A model generated the notes under the pieces. The model saw only the letters and a program-made list of their open reading frames with translations. It was not told the DNA's origin and ran no database searches. Shown here piece by piece: positions 54,459 through 63,998 of a DNA stretch of 64,000 bases (within the stretch, counting starts at the first letter, position 1; the number at the start of each line of letters is the position of its first letter). The position numbers were made by a program, and so were the translations under genes. This DNA is from Acidimicrobiaceae bacterium. Its GTDB lineage: Bacteria > Actinomycetota > Acidimicrobiia > Acidimicrobiales > Bog-793. Location of the stretch: contig PLKG01000156.1 in the NCBI GenBank assembly GCA_003140595.1, positions 25,703 to 89,702 on the forward strand. The letters are read 5' to 3'.

Positions 54459-55028
54459 GTGGCTGACCAAGCGACTTTCGCGGAGGACACCACCGGTTTC
54501 ATGGATTCGCTCTACACCGCCGCGCTCCGAATGACACGCAATGCGTCGGACGCCCAGGACCTGGTTCAGGAGACCTACCTGAAGGCCTACCGTGGCTACG
54601 GCGGTTTCGAGGCGGGCACCAACTTGAAGGCGTGGCTCTACCGCATCCTCACGAACACGTTCATCAATACCTACCGGTCGCGCAAACGCCATCCGGAAGA
54701 GACGGAGCTGGATGACGTCGAGGAGCTCTACCTGTTCCGACGCATGAACGGCCGTGACGGTGGCATCGGCCGCAGCGCCGAGGACGAAGCTCTGGACTGG
54801 ATCACCGACGAGGAGGTCAAGGCCGCGTTGGAGTCGTTGCCCGAGACCTTCCGGATGACCGTTTTGCTGGCGGATGTGGAGGGGTTCTCGTACAAAGAGA
54901 TCGCGGACATCATGGACGTTCCGATCGGGACGGTCATGAGCCGGCTGCATCGCGGAAGAAGGGCGCTGCAAAAGGCGTTGCACGACTTTGGAGTCGCGCG
55001 GGGCTTAGTCGCGGCCCGGCAGGGCTGA
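54459..55028 (+). CDS. ECF sigma factor (SigH/SigR/SigE-like)
   Basis: Region 2 [13 protein letters not shown]...WLYRILTN. Region 4 [25 protein letters not shown]. It is followed by a ZAS anti-sigma gene. Confidence 0.85.
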   Translation: MADQATFAEDTTGFMDSLYTAALRMTRNASDAQDLVQETYLKAYRGYGGFEAGTNLKAWLYRILTNTFINTYRSRKRHPEETELDDVEELYLFRRMNGRDGGIGRSAEDEALDWITDEEVKAALESLPETFRMTVLLADVEGFSYKEIADIMDVPIGTVMSRLHRGRRALQKALHDFGVARGLVAARQG

Positions 55029-55046
55029 GCATCGGATGGAGCTTGT

Positions 55047-55343
55047 ATGACGGGCGAGAAGGTCGAGCGGAACATCAACTGCCGGCAGGCGCTTCATCGC
55101 GTCTACGACTTCCTCGATGGCGAGATCACCCCTGAGACTCGTGACCAGATTGCTCGTCACCTGGATAAGTGCGCCCCGTGCCTGAGGGCTTTCGGCTTCG
55201 AGACCGAGATCAGAAGGCTCCTGGCCGACAAGTGTCGTGACAAGGTGCCCGAAGAGCTGAAGACGCGGATCGCCGCTGTGATCGACCACGAGGACAAGGC
55301 GAGGGCAGCTGTCGGCGGAGTCACTGAGGGTGCGGAGCTCTGA
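55047..55343 (+). CDS. Zinc-binding anti-sigma factor (ZAS, RsrA/RshA-like)
   Basis: 98 aa with C-x..-HLDKCAPC (the Hx3Cx2C motif) plus additional Cys. It lies directly downstream of the ECF sigma gene. Confidence 0.8.
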   Translation: MTGEKVERNINCRQALHRVYDFLDGEITPETRDQIARHLDKCAPCLRAFGFETEIRRLLADKCRDKVPEELKTRIAAVIDHEDKARAAVGGVTEGAEL

Positions 55344-55441
55344 CCGTTACGGAGCTTGCGGCCGGGCCGCCTTTCCATGCTGAGACATCGTCGCCTTCTG
55401 AGCCGGTCGCGTGGGACATCGCGGAGCGCGTTGCTGCACGC

Positions 55442-56470
55442 GTGGCGCGACGGACCGAAACCAGCATCGACTGGGCTACGCTCCGCTCCCTCGTAACCGA
55501 CTTCGAGGAGGTCACCGTCCAGGCAGAAGCGCTCGTCGAGGAGTCGACAGGGCTGCACTCGCTTGCCGGCCCGGCACGGGCCCAGGTCGCCACCCGCGAG
55601 GAATGGATCCACGCAAACATCTCCTCGTTTCGGCGTTTGCTCGGTCCGGTGCTGGCGCGTGCCGGCAAAGGCGGCCAAGGCCTTCCAGGTCTGCTCGGCC
55701 CCGTAGGGAGGATGGCCGCAGGGGCCGAGATGGGCGTAGTGCTCGGGTGGATGTCGGGGCGAGTGCTCGGCCAGTACGACCTGTTGTTCGCAGACGGCGA
55801 CTTGCCGCGCGACGCCGTGTACTACGTGGGGCAGAACATCGTCTCGCTCGAGCGGCGGCACGGCTTCGAACCCCGTGAGTTCCGGCTCTGGATCGCACTG
55901 CACGAACTGACCCACCGTGCCCAATTCACCGGCGTGCCCTGGCTGCGCGCTCACTTTCTCGACCTCGTGGAACGCAGCATCGCCATCGCGTCGCCCGATC
56001 CGCACCAGGTCTTGGAAGCACTCGGCCGCATGGCTGTCGACATCCGGTCCGGTAGGAACCCGCTGGCCGAGTCCGGGCTCGTCGGTGCTTTCGCTTCGCC
56101 GGCGCAGCTGGAGACCCTCCGCTCCATCCAGGGGATGATGAGCCTCCTCGAAGGTCATGGCGACGTGACGATGGACCGTGCCGCCCGCGATCTGATCCCG
56201 AACGCCGCACACTTCTCGAAGGTCCTCCGTGCACGCCGCGAATCTGCTGGTGGGCTGACGAGGTTGTTCCAGCAGCTGATCGGACTCGAGGCCAAGCTGC
56301 GCCAGTACGCGGACGGGGCGAGCTTCGTTCGCGAGATCGAGAACGCCGGTGGTCCCGAGCTCCTTTCGGTCGCTTGGCAGGCACCCGAGAATCTGCCTAG
56401 CGCAGCGGAAATCAAGGCGCCTGACAAATGGGTGTCACGCGTACGGGGTCTGGCGCTCGAGCCGGCGTGA
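55442..56470 (+). CDS. Zinc-dependent metalloprotease-like protein (DUF2342 type)
   Basis: It has the HExxH motif (ALHELTHRAQF) and holds the conserved position upstream of tilS in actinobacterial genomes. The start is uncertain because the frame is open further upstream. Confidence 0.65.
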   Translation: MARRTETSIDWATLRSLVTDFEEVTVQAEALVEESTGLHSLAGPARAQVATREEWIHANISSFRRLLGPVLARAGKGGQGLPGLLGPVGRMAAGAEMGVVLGWMSGRVLGQYDLLFADGDLPRDAVYYVGQNIVSLERRHGFEPREFRLWIALHELTHRAQFTGVPWLRAHFLDLVERSIAIASPDPHQVLEALGRMAVDIRSGRNPLAESGLVGAFASPAQLETLRSIQGMMSLLEGHGDVTMDRAARDLIPNAAHFSKVLRARRESAGGLTRLFQQLIGLEAKLRQYADGASFVREIENAGGPELLSVAWQAPENLPSAAEIKAPDKWVSRVRGLALEPA

Positions 56471-57429
56471 CTCGCCCATTCAGGGCACGGGCGCGCGAGG
56501 CCGCTGTTCGGTTGACCGGGAGGTGCTCGTTTCCCGATCCGGGGACGCAAGTCGCGTGCGCTGTGTCCGGAGGGGCCGACTCCTTGGCCCTGCTCGTGCT
56601 CGCGGTCGCCGCCGGCTGCGAGGTGGTCGCGCATCACGTCGACCATGGCCTACGAGAGGACTCCGGCGAGGACGTCAAGGTTGTGAACGAGGTCGCCGAG
56701 GCGCTCGGAGTCGAGGTCATGGTTCACCGAGTGAACGTCGGCGCGGGACCCAATCTGGAGGCGCGGGCGCGTGCTGCGCGGCTTGGTGCCCTGCCTGTAG
56801 GCGCCGCTACCGGTCACACCGCCGACGACCAAGCCGAGACGGTCCTCGTCAACCTGCTCCGTGGGGCCGCCACCGACGGGCTTGCCGCGATGCGCCCGGG
56901 CCCCGGCCACCCGATTCTCGCCCTGCGACGCGCCGAGACCCACAACTTGTGTTTAGAGCTCGGTCTGCACCCTGTTGAGGACCCGACGAACCTGGATCCG
57001 GCGTATCTGCGCAATCGGATTCGTCACGAGCTGGTCCCGGTACTGTGCGAGCTCGCAAACCGTGACATCGTGCCGATTCTCATCCGTCAGGCGAGGTTGT
57101 TTGCGGACGACGCGGACCTGCTGGGCGAGCTAGCCGCCGCACTCGACCCGACCGACGCCAAGGCGATCGCGCACGCCCCCCCTCCTCTCGCGCGTCGGGC
57201 ACTGCGCGAGTGGCTGCGGTGCGGTCATCCGCCTGACCTGGCGACGGTGGACAGGGTGCTGTCGGTTGCCGCCGGAGTGACACTGGCCGCCGACATCGGG
57301 GCGGGGAGAAGCGTACGCCGGTCACGCGGCCGACTGCGCATCGAACCGGCGCTCGAGGCCAAAGCTCGAGAGCTGGTCGAGCCGCAGGATCCCGATGTCC
57401 TTTCGTGCGTGCCGGCAGTCCCCGACTAG
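56467..57429 (+). CDS. tilS: tRNA(Ile)-lysidine synthase
   Basis: PP-loop [19 protein letters not shown] overlap with the upstream gene is assumed; the ORF-track start at 56428 is also possible. Confidence 0.85.
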   Translation: MTRPFRARAREAAVRLTGRCSFPDPGTQVACAVSGGADSLALLVLAVAAGCEVVAHHVDHGLREDSGEDVKVVNEVAEALGVEVMVHRVNVGAGPNLEARARAARLGALPVGAATGHTADDQAETVLVNLLRGAATDGLAAMRPGPGHPILALRRAETHNLCLELGLHPVEDPTNLDPAYLRNRIRHELVPVLCELANRDIVPILIRQARLFADDADLLGELAAALDPTDAKAIAHAPPPLARRALREWLRCGHPPDLATVDRVLSVAAGVTLAADIGAGRSVRRSRGRLRIEPALEAKARELVEPQDPDVLSCVPAVPD

Positions 57430-57497
57430 TGTCGGCGCCAGTGGGCGATCATGCTGACCAGCGAGCTTCAGAGCCGGACTCCGAAGCGCGGTCGGAG

Positions 57498-58064
57498 GTG
57501 CCCGGAGTCCTGAGTGTTTGGGACGCCGATCCTGCCCTCGGCCGGGTCGTGCTCTCGGTCGAGCAGATCGCCAAACGGGTCGCCGAGCTCGGCAAGATGA
57601 TCACGGCCGACTATGCGAGCAGACCGCCACTGTTGGTGGGGGTGCTCAAGGGCGCCTTCATGTTTCTCGCTGATCTAGCCCGGGAGATCCAGCTGCCGCT
57701 GGAGCTCGACTTCATGGCCGTTTCGTCCTACGGCAGGTCCACAAAGACCAGTGGCGTCGTGCGGATACTCAAGGACCTCGACATCGATCTCACCGGTCGT
57801 CACGTCCTCATAGTCGAGGACATCCTCGACAGCGGTCTCACTCTTTCTTACCTGCGCAAGAGTCTTCTTGCTCGCGGCCCGGAGAGCCTGGCCGTCTGCT
57901 CGCTACTCGTCAAGCGAAGCGTTCAGCCGCGGCCGGATCTCGAGCTCGCCTACGTCGGGTTCGAGATCGAGCCCGAGTTCGTCGTGGGCTACGGCCTCGA
58001 CGTCGCCGAGCGTTACCGCAACCTTCCCGACATTCGCGTGTACGTGACCGGAGAGCCCACGTGA
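57498..58064 (+). CDS. hpt: Hypoxanthine-guanine phosphoribosyltransferase
   Basis: PRPP-binding motif [14 protein letters not shown], with the conserved [11 protein letters not shown]. The GTG at 57498 after GGAGG gives about 189 aa. Confidence 0.85.
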   Translation: MPGVLSVWDADPALGRVVLSVEQIAKRVAELGKMITADYASRPPLLVGVLKGAFMFLADLAREIQLPLELDFMAVSSYGRSTKTSGVVRILKDLDIDLTGRHVLIVEDILDSGLTLSYLRKSLLARGPESLAVCSLLVKRSVQPRPDLELAYVGFEIEPEFVVGYGLDVAERYRNLPDIRVYVTGEPT

Positions 58065-58107
58065 GCTTTTTCCCGGCCGAGGTGGCTTCTCGCCACCAAT
58101 CCCATCA

Positions 58108-58728
58108 ATGAGCGACACGGGCGATGTGCCCGCGTCGGAGGATCACCTCCGCGGAGCGGTCGATAGGGAGCGTGTCCGCCGGGCGGTTCGCGAGCTCTTG
58201 ACCGCTATCGGTGAGGACCCCGACCGAGAAGGTCTTGTTCGCACGCCGTCGAGAGTGGCAGAGATGTACGGCGAGCTCTTCGACGAGGCAAGTGAAGACC
58301 CGGCCAGGTTCCTCACCGTCACCTTCGCGGCCGAACACGATGAGATGGTCATGGTCCGCGACATCCCGTTCGCGTCCTTGTGCGAGCACCACCTGGTCCC
58401 GTTCCTCGGCAAGGCCCACGTCGCCTACATCCCGAGCAAAGACGGGCGGATCACTGGCCTTTCTAAGCTCGCCCGCGTCGTCGACGCCGTCGCGGGCCGC
58501 CTTCAGGTCCAAGAGCGCATGACGACCCAGATCGCTGAGGCGATCGAGGCCGCACTCGCTCCCCGGGGCGTGCTGGTGGTGATCGAGGCCGAACACCTGT
58601 GTATGTCGATGCGCGGCGTTCGCAAACCCGGAGCCATCACGGTCACCTCGACCGTACGAGGACTGTTCCGGACCGACCCGAGGACTCGGGCAGAAGCAAT
58701 GGGGCACGTGCGAGGTAGAGGCGCCTGA
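58108..58728 (+). CDS. folE: GTP cyclohydrolase I
   Basis: Motifs [34 protein letters not shown] and HLCMSMRGV. Confidence 0.92.
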   Translation: MSDTGDVPASEDHLRGAVDRERVRRAVRELLTAIGEDPDREGLVRTPSRVAEMYGELFDEASEDPARFLTVTFAAEHDEMVMVRDIPFASLCEHHLVPFLGKAHVAYIPSKDGRITGLSKLARVVDAVAGRLQVQERMTTQIAEAIEAALAPRGVLVVIEAEHLCMSMRGVRKPGAITVTSTVRGLFRTDPRTRAEAMGHVRGRGA

Positions 58729-58745
58729 CCCTCTACTCTTGAGAT

Positions 58746-59549
58746 GTGGTCCCCCTCGTGATGGGCGTGCTGAACGTCACATCCGACTCGTTTTCAGACG
58801 GCGGCCTCTACGTCGACCGCGAGGCTGCCGTGCGCCGCGGGCGCCAAATGGTGGCCGAAGGTGCGGACATCGTCGACATCGGGGGTGAGTCGACGCGTCC
58901 CGGTGCTTCAGCTGTCCCTCCCGACGAGGAGCTGCACCGTGTCCTGCCGGTGGTCGAGGCGCTCTCGGGTGAGGTTCGGGTCTCGATCGACACGACCAAG
59001 GCATCGGTCGCACGCGCCGCACTGGCGGCGGGGGCATCCTTGTTGAACGATGTCTCGTCGAGCCTGGCGGCGGTTGCCGCCGAACATGGCGCCGGGTTCG
59101 TAGCGATGCATCGCAGAGGAATGCCCACGGACATGCAGCTCAATCCACATTACGACGACGTTGTCGGTGAGGTCCGGAGATATCTCGAGAGATGCGTCAC
59201 GCAGGCCCGTGCAGCTGGCGTCACGGAGGTCTACATCGACCCCGGGATCGGGTTCGGCAAGTCGGTTCGCCACAACCTCCAGCTCCTTGCCGCGCTCCCG
59301 CAATTGGTTGCGACCGGCGTCCCTGTGCTGGTTGGGACGAGCCGCAAGGCATTTATCGGCCATCTCGGAGTGGGCGGGTCTCCAGACGGGCGGGTAGGTG
59401 AGGTTCCGCCGCTCGGGACCGATGACCGATTGGAGGGCTCCCTGGCCACGGCCGTGTGGGCGATGGCCTGCGGGGTTGCGGTGGTGAGGGTCCATGATGT
59501 TGCGGCCACCGTGCAGGCGGCCGGACTGTTCACCGGGGCAGCGGCATGA
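58746..59549 (+). CDS. folP: Dihydropteroate synthase
   Basis: Motifs GVLNVTSDSFSDGG, DIGGESTRPGA and VHDV near the C-terminus. Confidence 0.9.
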   Translation: MVPLVMGVLNVTSDSFSDGGLYVDREAAVRRGRQMVAEGADIVDIGGESTRPGASAVPPDEELHRVLPVVEALSGEVRVSIDTTKASVARAALAAGASLLNDVSSSLAAVAAEHGAGFVAMHRRGMPTDMQLNPHYDDVVGEVRRYLERCVTQARAAGVTEVYIDPGIGFGKSVRHNLQLLAALPQLVATGVPVLVGTSRKAFIGHLGVGGSPDGRVGEVPPLGTDDRLEGSLATAVWAMACGVAVVRVHDVAATVQAAGLFTGAAA

Positions 59550-60334
59550 GGGGCCGATGGGCAGCCGGGATCGTCCCGAGGAACTTCTGCTGGATAGTCA
59601 AGGATCACCTGGCGGTCAGCGAACGACCTGGCGGTTACGCGCCTAACCACCGCAAGGTTCGCCGCCATGAGGAGCTGTTGTGGCTTCGAGCCCAGGGCTT
59701 TACGAGGGTCGTATCGCTACTCGCCTCGACTCACAATCTCCATGCATATGACGAGCTCCACCTCGAATGGTCGCGCTTTGCCATGCCCGCTGCCTCCGAC
59801 ACTCGCGACGTCCTCGCCGAGCTTTATCCAGCCTTGCACGGCTGGTTGCGCAACAATGAACGTGTACTGCTCCACCAGGAGGAGCTCGGCGACTGTGTGA
59901 TGGGTGTGGTCGCTGGCTACCTGCTGTGGAGCGAGATCCTTCCCGACGGACCTCGAGCCATCACGGCCATGGAACAGCTGCTCCGTCGCCAGATGGGCAC
60001 CGCCGGGCGAATGATCGTCAGCGTCGTGGAGGAGGTCCCGTCGCTGGAGAGCCTCGCCGCTCTCGAGGTCGCCGCCGCTGAGCAAGACGGCAAGACCGCG
60101 CCACCGCAAGGCGCCGGGGCAGAGCGGACAAGCGACTCAGACGCCGGGGCGGACAACGAGGCAGCCTCTCCGGGTGCTCGCGGGCCGGAGGAGGAAGCAC
60201 CGCTGTCACTACCGAGCGAAGAGGCCCGCGGCACAGAACAAGAGTTTGCGGCCACTGCTGAGGACCCCGGAGGCGACGAAGGTGAGCCGTTGGGAGACGA
60301 GCAGGACGACGACCCGGCCTGCGACCCCTCGTAG
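59546..60334 (+). CDS. Dual-specificity-phosphatase-like protein lacking the canonical HCxxGxxR loop, with an acidic C-terminal tail
   Basis: ATGA coupling to folP. The layout is DSP-like (HLAVSERPG...VVSLL...). The expected P-loop position reads LLHQEELGDCVMG. The last ~90 aa are rich in D, E, A and G. Confidence 0.4.
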   Translation: MRGRWAAGIVPRNFCWIVKDHLAVSERPGGYAPNHRKVRRHEELLWLRAQGFTRVVSLLASTHNLHAYDELHLEWSRFAMPAASDTRDVLAELYPALHGWLRNNERVLLHQEELGDCVMGVVAGYLLWSEILPDGPRAITAMEQLLRRQMGTAGRMIVSVVEEVPSLESLAALEVAAAEQDGKTAPPQGAGAERTSDSDAGADNEAASPGARGPEEEAPLSLPSEEARGTEQEFAATAEDPGGDEGEPLGDEQDDDPACDPS

Positions 60335-60709
60335 ATGGCCGATCGGATCGAGCTGCGGGGGCTGCGGGCGCTCGGGCGCCATGGCGCCTCAAAGGACGAG
60401 CAGGACACCGCCCAGCCCTTCGAGATCGACCTGGAGGTCGAGGCCGACTTTGTTGCGGCAGCTGATGACGACGACCTGGCAAAGACGGTCGACTACTCGC
60501 TTGTTGTAGGCAAGGCCTTGGAGATCGTCAGCCTGCGCCAGTTCCGTCTGCTCGAGGCGCTCGCCGGGGCGATCGCGACGGGGATCCTCGAGATACCTGA
60601 GGTCCAAGCGGTCACGGTGACGGTTCGCAAGCTCCGCCCCCCTGTCGCGGCTGACCTGGCCTCCGCCGGGGTGCGGCTCCGCCGGGAACGTACGGACAGG
60701 TCCGCATGA
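60335..60709 (+). CDS. folB: Dihydroneopterin aldolase
   Basis: 124 aa, N-terminal DRIELRGLRALGRHG...E...Q.F..DL, sitting between folP and folK. Confidence 0.85.
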   Translation: MADRIELRGLRALGRHGASKDEQDTAQPFEIDLEVEADFVAAADDDDLAKTVDYSLVVGKALEIVSLRQFRLLEALAGAIATGILEIPEVQAVTVTVRKLRPPVAADLASAGVRLRRERTDRSA

Positions 60710-61191
60710 GCGTGGAGACGTTCTTGGGTCTCGGCTCGAACATGGGCGATCGCCTCCGCTATCTCGAGCTGGCCGTGAAGGTGCTCAAAGGCATCGATCC
60801 TCTCCTCAGTGTCTCGCCGGTTTACGAGACGGCCCCGCTCGGCGGCCCGGAACCGCAGAACAGGTACTTCAATTGCGTTGTCCGGCTCGAGTCCACGCTC
60901 AGTGCGCGCCAGCTTCTCGAGGTTGCACACGGGCTCGAGGACCTGACGGGCCGGATTCGGACCGTGCGCGACGGACCCCGTGAGCTGGACGTCGACATTC
61001 TTCTCATCGGAGACCTTCAAATCACCGAGCCCGATCTCGTGGTGCCGCACCCGCGGATGTCCGAGCGCGGGTTCGTGTTGGCACCGCTCGAGGACCTCGA
61101 CGCGTCCCGCGTGCCACCGAGCTGGCGGACCCGACTCGCCGAAACGGACCCGGCGTCACTAGATGTACGTCGGGTTGGTACGCTCCGATGA
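60706..61191 (+). CDS. folK: 2-amino-4-hydroxy-6-hydroxymethyldihydropteridine pyrophosphokinase
   Basis: Motifs LGLGSNMGDR, RELDVDILL and VVPHPRMSERGFVLAPL. It overlaps folB by ATGA. Confidence 0.9.
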   Translation: MSVETFLGLGSNMGDRLRYLELAVKVLKGIDPLLSVSPVYETAPLGGPEPQNRYFNCVVRLESTLSARQLLEVAHGLEDLTGRIRTVRDGPRELDVDILLIGDLQITEPDLVVPHPRMSERGFVLAPLEDLDASRVPPSWRTRLAETDPASLDVRRVGTLR

Positions 61192-61242
61192 CAGAGACGC
61201 GAACGGCACCTGGAGACAGGGCCGGAACGGAAAGAGCTCACC

Positions 61243-61965
61243 ATGACTACGGTTCGCATCATCGGGCACGGGCGCGCCGGCACATCTTTTGCCACGGCCT
61301 TTGGCGCTGCGGGCGTCGAGGTCCGGGGCCTTCTCGGGCGCGCCGATGACGTTTTCTCGGCGGCCGCCGATGTCGACGTACTGTTGCTGGCGGTTCCTGA
61401 TCAGGCTGTCGTCGACGTCGCGTGGGCTGTCTCACCGGTTCCCGGCACCGTAGTGGCCCATTGTTCGGGGGCACTCGGCCTCGAGGTACTCGCGCCCCAT
61501 GAACGCGTCGCGGCGCTCCACCCGTTGGTTACCCTTCCCGACCCCGCGACCGGAGCCGAGCGCCTTGGATCGGGCGGTTACTTCGCTGTGGCCGGTGACC
61601 AGGCCATCGTCGACCTCGTCCACGCGCTCGGTGGCAAGGCGCTCGTGATACCTGCGCAGGCAAGGGCCGCGTACCACGCTGCAGCTTGCATGGCATCGAA
61701 CCATCTCGTGGCACTGCTCGGCCAGGTACAACGCGTGGCCGCGACAGTCGGTCTGCCTCTGGAGGCCTTCCTGCCCCTTGCCCGAGGTGCCCTCGACGAC
61801 GTCAGCCGGCTCGGACCTGCCGCGGCGCTCACAGGCCCGGTCTCTCGCGGGGACCTGACCACGATCGAACGTCACCGCCAGGTGTTGGACCCGGCCGAGC
61901 TTGGCGGTTACGACGCTGGGGTCGACCTCGCCCGCCGACTTGTGATCGCGGGCCGGCAAGGATGA
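61243..61965 (+). CDS. Rossmann-like / DUF2520-type oxidoreductase-like protein
   Basis: N-terminal VRIIGHGRAGTSFA dinucleotide fold. It holds the conserved position just upstream of panC in actinobacterial fol-pan clusters. Confidence 0.6.
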   Translation: MTTVRIIGHGRAGTSFATAFGAAGVEVRGLLGRADDVFSAAADVDVLLLAVPDQAVVDVAWAVSPVPGTVVAHCSGALGLEVLAPHERVAALHPLVTLPDPATGAERLGSGGYFAVAGDQAIVDLVHALGGKALVIPAQARAAYHAAACMASNHLVALLGQVQRVAATVGLPLEAFLPLARGALDDVSRLGPAAALTGPVSRGDLTTIERHRQVLDPAELGGYDAGVDLARRLVIAGRQG

Positions 61966-62044
61966 GCGTGCCCGACCGTACGCCTGCCGCAAGCTGCGGG
62001 CGCGGCGCTGGCCACCATCGTCCAGGCAACCTCGGGACGGGAAT

Positions 62045-62890
62045 GTGGAGGTAATCACCTCACGCGACGAGTTCCGAAAGGCGACCTCGGACGTGCGCGC
62101 AGGTGGCTCCCGCCTCGGCCTTGTGCCGACGATGGGCGCCTTCCATGAGGGGCACATTTCACTCCTGCGGGCCGCGGCATCGAGCTGCGACGTGGTGGCG
62201 GTGAGTATCTTCGTGAACCCGCTTCAGTTCTCCTCCGCTTCGGATCTAGCGCAGTACCCGGCCGACTTGGACAAGGACATCTCGATGGCTCAAGCGGTTG
62301 GCGTCGGACTGCTGTTCGCGCCTTCGGCGCAAGAGATGTACCCCCGGGGGGAACCGGAAACGAGAGTCGAGCCGGGACCTCTCGCCGATCGCCTCGAGGG
62401 CGCCTCCCGCCCGGGCCATTTCACGGGCGTCGCGACCGTCGTGACCAAGCTGCTGTCGCTTAGTGGGCGGTGTCGGGCATTTTTCGGGGAGAAGGACTTC
62501 CAGCAGCTGGCTCTTGTGCGCCGCCTGGTCGCGGACCTCGATCTCGATGTCGAGATCGTCGGGTGCCCAACGGTGCGTGAGTCTGATGGTCTTGCGTGCT
62601 CGAGCCGCAACCGCCGACTGGGGCCGGACGATCGGAGCGCGGCGACCGTGCTGTTCAAGGCGCTCGAAGCGGGGCGTGACGCGCTGTCAACAGGGGCGCG
62701 GCAGAGTGCGGAAGTGGAAGCGACGATGGTCGGCGTGGTTGCGGCTGAGCGGCGCGCCGAGTTGGACTATGCAGTTGTCGTGGATCCAGTCACCCTCGGG
62801 TCACCTGCATCGCTGTCTGGAGAGCTTCGGCTTCTCATCGCGGCTCGAGTCGGGCCAGTCCGACTGATCGACAACTTGGGGGTGAAGTGA
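62045..62890 (+). CDS. panC: Pantoate--beta-alanine ligase
   Basis: Motifs PTMGAFHEGHISLLRAA, SIFVNPLQF, FGEKDFQQL and SSRN. Confidence 0.9.
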   Translation: MEVITSRDEFRKATSDVRAGGSRLGLVPTMGAFHEGHISLLRAAASSCDVVAVSIFVNPLQFSSASDLAQYPADLDKDISMAQAVGVGLLFAPSAQEMYPRGEPETRVEPGPLADRLEGASRPGHFTGVATVVTKLLSLSGRCRAFFGEKDFQQLALVRRLVADLDLDVEIVGCPTVRESDGLACSSRNRRLGPDDRSAATVLFKALEAGRDALSTGARQSAEVEATMVGVVAAERRAELDYAVVVDPVTLGSPASLSGELRLLIAARVGPVRLIDNLGVK

Positions 62891-62942
62891 TGGAACTGAG
62901 TCCGCCTGCCAAGGTTTGGCAGGCCGAGCGGCGCGAGTGGCG

Positions 62943-63998
62943 GTGAGTCCGCTGGAGCGGCTCGAGGTCCTCGTAATCGGGAGCGGGGTGGCGGGCCTTT
63001 CCGCCGCGGTACGTCTTGCCCAGCTCGGCGGTGCCAGGGTCGGGGTTCTGACCAAGGGCGAGTTGGAGCAGTCGACGACACGTTGGGCGCAGGGAGGTAT
63101 CGCCGCCGTGTTGCCCGGCGACGAGGACTCAACCGATCTCCACCTCGCGGACACCCTCCGGGCCGGAGCTGGACTGTGCGACGAGGCAGCAGTTCGCGTG
63201 CTTGTCGACGAAGGTTCTGATCGCGTCTACGAGCTCATCGCGCTCGGCGCCGTGTTCGACAGGAGCCCCGGCGGTGGGTTGTCCAGAGCCAGGGAGGGCG
63301 GCCACTCGACCGCGCGCGTTCTGCACGCGGGAGGGACCGCTACAGGCGCGGAAGTGGAAAGGGCCCTCGTCGCAGCGGTGCGTGAGAGTGCCGCCGCGAT
63401 CCTCGAGGATTGGTTTGCCCTCGACCTTGTCCTCGAAGGTGCCCGGTGCACAGGCGTCGTCGCGCTCGACCCCGAAGGTCGGCTCCAGCGCGTCGAGGCC
63501 TCCCACGTCGTTCTCGCATGCGGCGGCGCGGGACAGATGTACTCGGTCACTACCAATCCGGTCGAAGCGACCGGTGACGGCATCGCGATGGCGCTTCGTG
63601 CCGGAGTTCCGGTCGCCGACGTGGAGTTCGTGCAGTTTCATCCGACCGCGCTCCACCACCCGGCCATGCCACGCCCGCTCATCTCGGAGGCATTGCGTGG
63701 TCACGGGGCGGTGCTGCGCGATCGAGCGGGCGATCGTTTCGTCGACGAGCTTCTCCCGCGTGACCGCGTGAGCCGCGCGATCGCCGTCAAGCTGGCGGAG
63801 GAGGGCAGCGATCACGTGTGGCTGGACGCGACTGCTCTGGAGGACTTCGCGCGAAGGTTCCCGACGATCGCGGAGTCGCTGGCTGAGGCAGGCTTTGACC
63901 CTGTCCGTGACTGGCTGCCGGTCGCGCCCGCCGCCCATTACCTGTCCGGAGGCGTGCTTGTGAACCTCGACGGCGCGACGGCGCTGCCAGGGCTCTGG
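62943..63998 (+). CDS. nadB: L-aspartate oxidase, 3' end outside the window
   Basis: This frame is not in the ORF track because it has no stop in the window. The GTG at 62943 gives SPLERLEVLVIGSGVAGLSAA...TRWAQGGIAAV...HSTARVLHAGG.ATG...YSVTTNP..ATGDGIAMA...VEFVQFHPT. Confidence 0.85.
   Translation, partial: MSPLERLEVLVIGSGVAGLSAAVRLAQLGGARVGVLTKGELEQSTTRWAQGGIAAVLPGDEDSTDLHLADTLRAGAGLCDEAAVRVLVDEGSDRVYELIALGAVFDRSPGGGLSRAREGGHSTARVLHAGGTATGAEVERALVAAVRESAAAILEDWFALDLVLEGARCTGVVALDPEGRLQRVEASHVVLACGGAGQMYSVTTNPVEATGDGIAMALRAGVPVADVEFVQFHPTALHHPAMPRPLISEALRGHGAVLRDRAGDRFVDELLPRDRVSRAIAVKLAEEGSDHVWLDATALEDFARRFPTIAESLAEAGFDPVRDWLPVAPAAHYLSGGVLVNLDGATALPGLW

Noticed and set aside
63129-63938. 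269-aa minus-strand ORF and the 189-aa + strand ORF at 63202-63771.
   Set aside because: Both overlap the open-ended nadB frame, which shows unmistakable L-aspartate oxidase motifs. That frame is missing from the ORF track only because it has no stop within the window.
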